DNA of 64,000 bases, taken from IMG/VR virus record IMGVR_UViG_3300020153_000001, positions 32,001-96,000 of that record; one strand, written 5' to 3'. The position numbers and the translations under genes are program-made. How positions within the stretch are numbered: the stretch's first letter is position 1; every line of letters starts with the position of its first letter. Below are positions 55,591 to 62,885 of this stretch, in pieces. The notes beneath the pieces are model-generated. The model was not told where the DNA came from, did not search any database, and worked only from the letters and a program-made list of their open reading frames with translations. This DNA comes from a virus.

Positions 55591-56031
55591 TTACTGTAAA
55601 CTGAACTGGTATTTGCACGAAATATCGATACCGTCAAGATCGTTAAGCTGAAACTGTACTTTCATGGTATTGTTTTCGATAGTGCTCGTTACGTTCCCGA
55701 CAATCTGCACGACGTGCTCGTTAGAGATAGTTTTGACGAGAATGTTGGTATAATACCATCTTACAAAATCTCTTAGCGTCTTGCTGAATAAGTCGTTTAC
55801 GATGCTACTTGTCAGGGCGCCCGCCGAGTAATATTGTCGACACAGGACCAAAAACGGCGAGCCAAAATATGGATCTGAATACTCAGATATGCTTTCGGGC
55901 GTTGTTGACGCATACGCATATAATAGCTGTTCTATGTAGATGTTTTTGTCTGTGGCTAGTTGATACGGCGGCGACAGGGCCGTTAGCTCGCCAGACTGAT
56001 CTTTCTTGTACAAACAGATATCGTATATCAT
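55591..56031 (-). CDS. Hypothetical, possibly gp25-like baseplate protein
   Basis: Size and position upstream of baseplate J; weak. Confidence 0.4.
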   Translation of the reverse strand: MIYDICLYKKDQSGELTALSPPYQLATDKNIYIEQLLYAYASTTPESISEYSDPYFGSPFLVLCRQYYSAGALTSSIVNDLFSKTLRDFVRWYYTNILVKTISNEHVVQIVGNVTSTIENNTMKVQFQLNDLDGIDISCKYQFSLQ

Positions 56032-56390
56032 CTCGTAGATTCCCTTCCTTCTACCGCAAAGTCGTCGACTATAGTCTTGGTAAACATCGGCAGCCGCGTC
56101 GATAAATTGCTAGAAATAATAAACGCCCTGCTAGGCGTTAGGTTCCTCAATAAAAACGCCCTATACATCGCAAGACTGTAGGCAGACTTCAACTGAGCCG
56201 TTATCATCTTGCCATCGCTAGCGCGTCGTTCTTGTAACACCTCAGCCGGTGTTTTGCCAGAGGCTTGTTTAAAGACGTTATATGCGCTTTCTCCACCATC
56301 GTTTAAAGATATATCTTCAGGAACAAACCAATCACTAGCGCCGTTACTGACGCTAATCATTTCCGACCACATATCGAATATATCAGACAC
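56028..56390 (-). CDS. Hypothetical protein
   Basis: 120 aa, coupled on both sides. Confidence 0.55.
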   Translation of the reverse strand: MSDIFDMWSEMISVSNGASDWFVPEDISLNDGGESAYNVFKQASGKTPAEVLQERRASDGKMITAQLKSAYSLAMYRAFLLRNLTPSRAFIISSNLSTRLPMFTKTIVDDFAVEGRESTR

Positions 56391-57198
56391 TGTATTTTCC
56401 TTTCTGTAACTGATACCAATACTTGATCCGCTCTTCTATCTCGGCAATACGCTGACTAACCCTACCAGGGCTTAAGTGCAGCTTTTCTGCTATCTCTTTC
56501 TGCGGCGTTTTATTTCTGCCGTGAAGCCCGTAATAGAGCTCTATAATCGCCTTGTCAATTGGATCAGCATCTATGTAAGCTAGCTCAAGCAGCTGCGTAA
56601 AGGCATCCGTCGTGGCAAGCGGAGAAGTAGGGATTTCAGATATTCCCTCCGCCGTTTGTCTGACAGTAGTAGCTTCGGGTAGTGCCATCCTGCCCTTTTG
56701 TCGTATTTTCTTTATCCTTTCAATGGAAAGACCCGTGTAGTCCGCCAATTCTTCCGTATTTGGTAGCCTGCCCAGCGTCTGCACTAGCTCCTCTTCAGCG
56801 TTATTAAGCATAGTAATATCCATCGACACCTGCTCTGACTGCCGTATTATCTGTCTTGTCTGGCCGCCAAGTCGCTTCAGGCGTTGTAAATTTAGGAAAA
56901 CATGGTTAGTTAGGGGGCCTTTAGATGGATCGTAAGATTTAATAGCGTCTATGACTAGTTTTTTGGCCCTCGTCCGAAGACTGGGCGTGTCGGCTATATC
57001 GGCGGCGTAGTAGTGAATGGCATAGTCTAGTAGACTATTCATTTTATCGACCAAAGCCGTCATGGCATCCGGTGACTTTGTCTTAACCCAGCTTTCGTAC
57101 AGGGGAATATACTCTTCTTCCTTAAATTTGTATTTCGATCCTGCCTGACCTGTTTGCCTTCTTTCTAGAATAATATCTAATAGCGACCTTTCCAGCAT
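56383..57198 (-). CDS. Sigma-70-family sigma factor (FliA/WhiG-like)
   Basis: Region 2 AIKSYDPSKG..TNHV, region 3 LGRLPNTEELADYTGLSIERI, region 4 PQKEIAEKLHLSPGRVSQRI. Confidence 0.85.
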   Translation of the reverse strand: MLERSLLDIILERRQTGQAGSKYKFKEEEYIPLYESWVKTKSPDAMTALVDKMNSLLDYAIHYYAADIADTPSLRTRAKKLVIDAIKSYDPSKGPLTNHVFLNLQRLKRLGGQTRQIIRQSEQVSMDITMLNNAEEELVQTLGRLPNTEELADYTGLSIERIKKIRQKGRMALPEATTVRQTAEGISEIPTSPLATTDAFTQLLELAYIDADPIDKAIIELYYGLHGRNKTPQKEIAEKLHLSPGRVSQRIAEIEERIKYWYQLQKGKYSV

Positions 57199-57289
57199 AA
57201 TATATCTCCGCGAAGTGATAGCTAAAAATAAAAAACTCCGCCAAAACCAATTATACCTTAAATAATCACAAGGCTCTATTTGCTACATA

Positions 57290-57309
57290 TTTTGACTCCG
57301 GAGTCAAAA
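57290..57309. repeat. 20-bp palindrome, copy 16
   Basis: Exact; upstream of the sigma gene. Confidence 0.98.
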
Positions 57310-57334
57310 ATAGAACGTAGAAGCGTTCTAAAAT

Positions 57335-57376
57335 TAGCTAAAAAGAGAGAGCACCGGCCGAGGGGGCTCGGCCGGT
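57335..57376 (-). terminator. Intrinsic terminator after csx15
   Basis: ACCGGCCGAG/CTCGGCCGGT then GCTCTCTCTTTTTAGCTA. Confidence 0.8.
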
Positions 57377-57385
57377 ACTTCCCCC

Positions 57386-57763
57386 TCATCGTTTATTCCG
57401 GGCCGAGTCCCGGGCCGCTTGCAGATTAATAATTTCCGCCACTTCGTATTGTGGCGGAGTAGTTTCGCCGGGGCGGAGGCGCAGGATGGGTGGGAAATAA
57501 CCCATCCTGCCGTGCAGTTCGGCTAGAACGGCGCAGGCAGCCGAAGCCAGGGACGGCGGATTGACCAGAATGGGAAGGCTTTGCCACTGGTCGGGCGTGA
57601 GCCCGACCTCATCGAGCAAGGCGGCTGCCTGCTTGGGGAAGGAACAATTGTGGTCAAACTGGCACTTTACGTTTATCACTTTCGTGACCAGTTTACCCGT
57701 TAGAGCCTGGATCTGCTCCTGCTGTTGTGCCGTGATGGGGTGTGCAAAGTTGATCAAGATCAT
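57386..57763 (-). CDS. csx15: Csx15-like protein (type III CRISPR accessory family), stand-alone
   Basis: ILINFAHPIT..Q...QFD....F..Q...L...GLT..QWQ..PILVNPP.L...A..VLAELHGRMGYFPPILRLRP matches the Csx15 signature as I recall it. Confidence 0.8.
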   Translation of the reverse strand: MILINFAHPITAQQQEQIQALTGKLVTKVINVKCQFDHNCSFPKQAAALLDEVGLTPDQWQSLPILVNPPSLASAACAVLAELHGRMGYFPPILRLRPGETTPPQYEVAEIINLQAARDSARNKR

Positions 57764-57824
57764 TTCACTTCTCCTTTAAAAAAAGCCCAACTCCGGCGCC
57801 GCCACGGCGGCAGCGCCACCAAAC

Positions 57825-57855
57825 TTAATTGCCTAGAAAATGGCCAAAATTTAGC
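57825..57855 (-). promoter_or_regulatory. Promoter-like motif GCTAAA-N16-GGCAATTAA
   Basis: Upstream of the csx15 leader hairpin. Confidence 0.6.
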
Positions 57856-57930
57856 CGCCTAGTCCCGGAAAACCGTTAATTTTTAGATTATGCGGGAGCC
57901 GACACGCGACAAACTATAGATTAGAAACAA

Positions 57931-57956
57931 AAAACTGCGCTAATTAGCGCAGTTTT
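57931..57956 (-). terminator. Perfect 26-bp palindrome, probable terminator of the HD gene
   Basis: AAAACTGCGCTAATTAGCGCAGTTTT, followed by a U-tract on the - strand. Confidence 0.6.
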
Positions 57957-57992
57957 CCGTGTTAAGAGTAAAAATTTAAGTAGATAAAAAGG

Positions 57993-58607
57993 TCATTGTG
58001 GCATATTTTGTGATCGTACTAGGTGCTTGCATAAAGCTCGCCTAAATATGGGCTTTGCAAGCCATCTTGCCTTAGCAAAGTCCCACCACGTAACGCATAC
58101 ACTGTCGGCGTAATCAGCATATTTCTCAAAGTCCATGTCCCATATTGGTAGCTCGCCCCTAGATGCCACAATTCGCTTTACTTCGTTTACTAAGGCGAGG
58201 TTGTCAGCAACTTTGACGCGTTTATCGTCGAGTATTGCTGGGTCCAAAAACGCGGCCTTGCTTATTACTTCTATTAGTTGACGTTCATATTTCTTATGGA
58301 CGTGCATTCCGGGTAGGCCTCTTATTGGACTGATTATATCTCCTATAAACGCTTCTGCCGCGTCGTGTATTAATGCGGCAATATGGATGTCCTTGTCCTG
58401 CGGCCATAGCTTCCTGGAAATGATGTGAGCGAGGACGCTGTGGCTCAAAACGCTAAAAAACTTTGTACAATGCCCCTGAAATCGGCAAATCTTGCTTAGA
58501 CTGCTTATGATTTCCTCCCAGTCTATATCGTGCGGAGTTAGCTTTCTTATATCTATGACCCTGCCTGAGGCTGTTTCAAACCTTCCACGGTGCTTATAAC
58601 GACTCAT
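57993..58607 (-). CDS. HD-domain phosphohydrolase (YfbR-like)
   Basis: SLSKICRFQGH, SVLSHS, ALIHDAAEAFIGDI. Confidence 0.85.
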   Translation of the reverse strand: MSRYKHRGRFETASGRVIDIRKLTPHDIDWEEIISSLSKICRFQGHCTKFFSVLSHSVLAHIISRKLWPQDKDIHIAALIHDAAEAFIGDIISPIRGLPGMHVHKKYERQLIEVISKAAFLDPAILDDKRVKVADNLALVNEVKRIVASRGELPIWDMDFEKYADYADSVCVTWWDFAKARWLAKPIFRRALCKHLVRSQNMPQ

Positions 58608-58661
58608 AACGTTACTCCTACGGCTAAAGCGGCTTCATATATTATAGCCAAAAAATCAACT

Positions 58662-58681
58662 TTTTGACTCCGGAGTCAAAA
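58662..58681. repeat. 20-bp palindrome, copy 17
   Basis: Exact; 15 nt upstream of a - strand TATAAT (58641-58646) that precedes the HD gene. Confidence 0.98.
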
Positions 58682-58773
58682 ATTACATGGTCATTATAGT
58701 AGGCAAAATAGACTGATAAATCTAGTCGTGGGCAGTTTCTTAGGAAACATCCGTAAGAATCGTTTCGATAGAA

Positions 58774-58830
58774 TAGCTAAAAAAGAGACAGCCGGCCTAC
58801 CCGCAGTTTGTACAAACTACGGGTAGGCCG
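58774..58830 (-). terminator. Intrinsic terminator
   Basis: Near-perfect 38-nt inverted repeat (58793-58830) then GCTGTCTCTTTTTTAGCTA. Confidence 0.8.
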
Positions 58831-58837
58831 ACCATTT

Positions 58838-59455
58838 TTAGCTTGTCTGAGCCGCCCTCTCCAGTGTCCCATCCAGCCACCAGGGCAGTACTTCCTTGTA
58901 ATCCCCGGCTAAGCTCTGCCGCCAATTCTCCAAAAGCGGCAGGTTAACCAGGGTTGACAGCAGTGCGAGATTTTCCGGGGTCTGCAGGGCCTCGTCGAAC
59001 GCGGCGAGGGCATCGACGTACCGATTCACCGCGTCCCAGAGCGGTATAGAAGCTGGCTCATTCCAGCTTGCCTCCTGGGCTTCCGAAAGGGCCTCCAAAA
59101 CGAAGAGGGATTCCATTCGGGCCTCTAATAATTCGGCGCATATTGCTTCTTCAAGTTCCGGCGCGGTTTGGCCGCGCCGGGCGCCTAACAGTTGAGCGTC
59201 CTCTGTCCACAGCCGAATGAAATCCTCACCTAGCTCCGCCGCGGCGATGGCTACTGGTGGGTGTAAGCAGCCATCCATATCCGGCGGGACTTGGACCCCA
59301 AATGCACGACAGCGCCCCAGTGCCGCGGCCAATTGGTACGCCGCTAGTTTGGCCTCATAGGAGACCTCTTTCTGTTCCCGGTTCTCGAACTCTTCTAAGG
59401 CGGCCGCCTCAAGGGCCTCTTTTAGTTCATCCAGGAAGAAGAATTCTTGACACAT
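58838..59455 (-). CDS. Hypothetical acidic helical accessory protein
   Basis: Start moved to ATG 59455 (GGAGG SD). Confidence 0.65.
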   Translation of the reverse strand: MCQEFFFLDELKEALEAAALEEFENREQKEVSYEAKLAAYQLAAALGRCRAFGVQVPPDMDGCLHPPVAIAAAELGEDFIRLWTEDAQLLGARRGQTAPELEEAICAELLEARMESLFVLEALSEAQEASWNEPASIPLWDAVNRYVDALAAFDEALQTPENLALLSTLVNLPLLENWRQSLAGDYKEVLPWWLDGTLERAAQTS

Positions 59456-59527
59456 TTTATTCCCTCCAAAAGTAAAAAAAAAAGGACCGTTCCTCTTGGG
59501 GCGGCACCGCACCGCCCGCGTCCCATA

Positions 59528-59559
59528 TTAATTGCCGCGAAAACTCCAAAAACTTTAGC
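59528..59559 (-). promoter_or_regulatory. Promoter-like motif GCTAAA-N17-GGCAATTAA
   Basis: Upstream of a structured leader and 58838..59455. Confidence 0.6.
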
Positions 59560-59569
59560 GGTATCGGGG

Positions 59570-59604
59570 GGAGGCGGAGCAGTGTACCGCTCCGCCTCCT
59601 TTTT
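59570..59604 (+). terminator. Terminator-like hairpin, U-tract on + strand
   Basis: GGAGGCGGAGC/GCTCCGCCTCC followed by T5. Confidence 0.5.
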
Positions 59605-59679
59605 CTGCTGATTTCGCAATCAACAAATTTTAGGGCTTTCTCTATTTGGCTATTCTTTCAGCAGCGTCGAAAACCAACT

Positions 59680-60510
59680 CTATCGTTTGTCGGCCTCCTT
59701 GAATGTGCAAGCATAGCACTTGCTAAGCGTGTCTACTACAATGTCTTCGTCGAGCTCGTGCCCAAAATATGTGGCGCATCCTATCTGATCACTACCATCA
59801 TCGTCGACGATACAGACAACAACGTCATAGACACAACCGTTTAACGTGTCTTCCAGTGTTTTGTACAGCTTCTCCACAGTCGACTGGTCGTTCTGGTCTG
59901 TCACGTACTGGCAAATACGTTGCTTAAATTCCTCTATAGGCATATTACTGAGCGCTTTCGCAACGGTTTCATCAAAATCAAGGATATTAGATAGATTGAA
60001 GTTGCTAATACCGAAATCCAAATCCATTGCGTATCGAACAGTTTTCATATCCGGCAGAAATAACCCTGCCGGGCAAACAACGTCCCATTGTCGATCAATC
60101 TGACATCCGCCAATAGGGTATATATAGATACCGCTATGTATGTAGGCCTCAAATGGTATAAGTAGTGAGGCAAGGTATCTTGGCGCGTTGCTATCCTCGC
60201 GCAACGGTTCTTCGCATTTGTAGTACCGGTATAGTTTCCTTGCGAGCTCTTCGTCTTTTACCAAGTCTTTTAGAAAGAACAAAGGCACTACACCATAATG
60301 CTCAAGATATTCGTTACCAACGTAAGCTGGTTCGACGAAGGCAATCGTCAGATCGCCGTTGCCGGTTTCGATAACCCACAGCGCTGTATCGTCAATTTCA
60401 ACGATATCGTCGTATCTCAAATCTGCGTAACGAATTTTTTGCAGGTTTCGTGCTTTTAGCTGACGAAAGTCACGCACATCATTTAAACTAAGGCGTAATA
60501 CTTCGGGCAC
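59680..60510 (-). CDS. Hypothetical protein
   Basis: GTG start, AAGGAGG SD, 276 aa. Confidence 0.65.
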   Translation of the reverse strand: MPEVLRLSLNDVRDFRQLKARNLQKIRYADLRYDDIVEIDDTALWVIETGNGDLTIAFVEPAYVGNEYLEHYGVVPLFFLKDLVKDEELARKLYRYYKCEEPLREDSNAPRYLASLLIPFEAYIHSGIYIYPIGGCQIDRQWDVVCPAGLFLPDMKTVRYAMDLDFGISNFNLSNILDFDETVAKALSNMPIEEFKQRICQYVTDQNDQSTVEKLYKTLEDTLNGCVYDVVVCIVDDDGSDQIGCATYFGHELDEDIVVDTLSKCYACTFKEADKR

Positions 60511-60544
60511 GGTCCAGATCCTCCTTAAGGGTAGCGTTAATAAT

Positions 60545-60564
60545 TTTTGACTCCGGAGTCAAAA
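60545..60564. repeat. 20-bp palindrome, copy 18
   Basis: Exact; intergenic. Confidence 0.98.
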
Positions 60565-60685
60565 TTAAGCCTATAAGATCCCAACCGTCCGATCCACCGA
60601 CTGTGTAAGTGATAGCTAGTCTGCGCTGTTCTGTGATGGAACTCGCGTAGGAAGATTGTGGCTGTCGCCTATTGATAAAAAATAA

Positions 60686-60758
60686 TAGGCCGGGCAGGAA
60701 TCGAACCTGCAGCCGGCGGATTAGAAGTCCGCTGCTCTATCCTTTGAGCTACCGGCCC
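60686..60758 (-). tRNA. tRNA-Arg(UCU)
   Basis: Canonical 73-nt cloverleaf; anticodon arm GCGGA-CTTCTAA-TCCGC; no CCA. Confidence 0.92.
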
Positions 60759-60799
60759 TTGGCTTTTCCTTTAAGATCAGGGAGAAATGCGCCCGCCTC

Positions 60800-61810
60800 C
60801 TATCCGGTTATTTGTCTAAACGCCTCGTTGCACGCAGATATCGCAAATTTGCTATCTAGACCGTCGGAGAACGCGGCTATTTCGTCGTGGTCGACAAGCT
60901 GTTTGGACAGATTGTTATAAGCAGCATAATAGTCCGGCGCGAGTAGCTCTTTTCTTTCTGCTAGCTGTTGACCTAACTGGATGATGTTTTCGCGTGTCGT
61001 CTTGCAGGGGCTGGCCAAGAAGGTGCAGAGCGCCCGCCTTACATCTCCTGCTGTTAGGAAATAGCTGATAGCTTCATTAAGAGCGCTCTCATTAAACGTA
61101 GGCGGAATGCCGTGTCCAAACTGCGAATAGTATGAAAGCAAGCTGACCTCTGATATATATGTCCTATTTACAAGCGGCCAAATAGCTGGCGTGACGCAGC
61201 CGTCAAATGCGAGGTTTGTCACTATATTACCGTTTATCGAAGAGCGACTATTTTCGTCGGCTGGCAAGACGACTATATTGTAGCTGTCGAAGTCGTAGTC
61301 TACAGCTTTCAAGTTATGACAAGCACACAAGTCATGGAGCCTACGCGTTGCATATTCTTCTGTCTGTCTTATAAACGACCCGCCCGACATGTAACAGCGC
61401 GGAGCAAGCCTGCACAAAACCTTTACAGCTAGCAGATCGATAATACGCTCCGACGTATGATATTGGCGAGACATGGCGAAATCGTATATGGCGTAGATTT
61501 CCTCCTTTGTCAGATACTTGGCTGCGCGGAACAAAGTTAAGATCGGAGCATTTACGATAACCGGATATCGCTCTTCAACGCTGGCAAAAGGTATAAGGCC
61601 AAGATCGGCGACGGCTATCGGGCACGTTTCAATAAGCCGACGTAATAGGCGACGACAGTCGGGAGCAGACCAGTCGTTATATATAGCAGATAGCAGCGTG
61701 TATTTTGGGTCACAAAACTTCTCCCTAATATTGCTAATAGAAACCGACCCGAAGTCTATTCCTCTAGATTTGAAATCCCTTAGCAGGGCTAAAAACGGGT
61801 CGTAGACCAT
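60800..61810 (-). CDS. Hypothetical protein (probable paralog of 62886..63872)
   Basis: APILTLFRAAKYLTKEEIYAIYD versus APIFAALQVFPYLSKEEIRKIFD. Confidence 0.6.
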   Translation of the reverse strand: MVYDPFLALLRDFKSRGIDFGSVSISNIREKFCDPKYTLLSAIYNDWSAPDCRRLLRRLIETCPIAVADLGLIPFASVEERYPVIVNAPILTLFRAAKYLTKEEIYAIYDFAMSRQYHTSERIIDLLAVKVLCRLAPRCYMSGGSFIRQTEEYATRRLHDLCACHNLKAVDYDFDSYNIVVLPADENSRSSINGNIVTNLAFDGCVTPAIWPLVNRTYISEVSLLSYYSQFGHGIPPTFNESALNEAISYFLTAGDVRRALCTFLASPCKTTRENIIQLGQQLAERKELLAPDYYAAYNNLSKQLVDHDEIAAFSDGLDSKFAISACNEAFRQITG

Positions 61811-61902
61811 GCTAAGTCTCCCATATGACCGCTGCTCGAAGAGAAACTAAATAATCTTATGGGTGCCCGTAATTTGTTTAACTTGCGGCAAGCGGCCGTA
61901 AA

Positions 61903-61975
61903 TAGGCCAGGCAGGACTCGAACCTGCGACCCGTTGCTTATAAGGCAACCGCTCTCACCCCTGAGCTACTGGCCT
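61903..61975 (-). tRNA. tRNA-Ile(UAU)
   Basis: Canonical 73-nt cloverleaf; anticodon arm GTTGC-CTTATAA-GCAAC; no CCA. Confidence 0.92.
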
Positions 61976-61996
61976 ACCTCAATTGCTACTGACATG

Positions 61997-62881
61997 CTAC
62001 ACGCATATCATACTCGAGCGCTGTTCTGCATTAGTCGATGTTGTCGGCGTACTTGCTATGTAATCGTATAGCGTCAGTAGAAAAGACGCGTTCTTCGTTT
62101 TTCCCTGCAACACTTCGATACATCGCCTGGGTAAAGACCCTATATACCTGAAAGCAATGGCTTCTGCAAGGTCATACATTGCGTTGGCCGTTGCTTTGTC
62201 AAATAAACTTTCCCTGGCATAATAAGCTAGCATATATGGAATAGAATTGACCGGCTCGTTAACATGCTTTAGCAAATCTAACAAAGGCGGTTCGTGTTCG
62301 TTATTCGGCTTATATCCGAGAAACAGCGGCATAATAGATGGCAGGAAAAATTTATCGTTATCGACTATCTCCTTGAAAGTCTTACCGCAGCAGATCCTGC
62401 AAGCATCGGCGAACGTTAATCTACGCGTGTTGAAGTACTTAGGAATAGCACACGGCTCAAGTAGCTCTGTGTGTCTTAGACTATCAATGTCTGAAACGTC
62501 GACGTTGCTTACTACGCATTTGTGTTCTTCTCCAACGACATCTTCAAATACGCTATCGAACACCTTTTTTGTCTGTTCAGTTCTTAGCGTCTTTACAAAT
62601 AGTTCTCTAAATAGCTTTCTAACAGGCGGTTTAAGCTCCGGATACAGATCGATAACAACCAGTCTAATATCTTCGACGAAATATACCATGCTGGCCTTAA
62701 ACAAAGATTCGTCAACAGTCGATGGCATTATACTTATCATTGCTTTCGTGTTACACAGCTCGTATGCCATTTGTATAATGACGTTTTTGCCGCCGATTAG
62801 TGTTGATGTTTCGCCACTGTCGTAATTAACTATACTGCTAAGTCTGTATAACATACCGGCGTTTCTATATAGAAATAACAT
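61997..62881 (-). CDS. Hypothetical protein
   Basis: Start moved to ATG 62881 (GGAGG SD). Confidence 0.6.
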   Translation of the reverse strand: MLFLYRNAGMLYRLSSIVNYDSGETSTLIGGKNVIIQMAYELCNTKAMISIMPSTVDESLFKASMVYFVEDIRLVVIDLYPELKPPVRKLFRELFVKTLRTEQTKKVFDSVFEDVVGEEHKCVVSNVDVSDIDSLRHTELLEPCAIPKYFNTRRLTFADACRICCGKTFKEIVDNDKFFLPSIMPLFLGYKPNNEHEPPLLDLLKHVNEPVNSIPYMLAYYARESLFDKATANAMYDLAEAIAFRYIGSLPRRCIEVLQGKTKNASFLLTLYDYIASTPTTSTNAEQRSSMICV

Positions 62882-62885
62882 GCTA

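Noticed and set aside
57386-57763. A CRISPR-Cas locus around csx15
   Set aside because: No other cas gene or array in the window
35256-59559. Repeated promoter motif as sigma54 -24/-12
   Set aside because: GG-N10-GC spacing holds in three copies, but one has GA, one is off by a base, and the -12 reads GGC rather than TTGC; left unassigned
2908-60564. Palindrome as a CRISPR repeat
   Set aside because: Copies are 0.4-8.5 kb apart with whole genes between them; there are no regular spacers
2908-60564. Palindrome as an intrinsic terminator
   Set aside because: On either strand the U-run precedes the stem and an A-run follows; real terminators occur separately nearby
2908-60564. Palindrome as an adapter or assembly artefact
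   Set aside because: It keeps reading frames, supplies correct stops and SDs, and avoids gene interiors; read-level confirmation is still advisable
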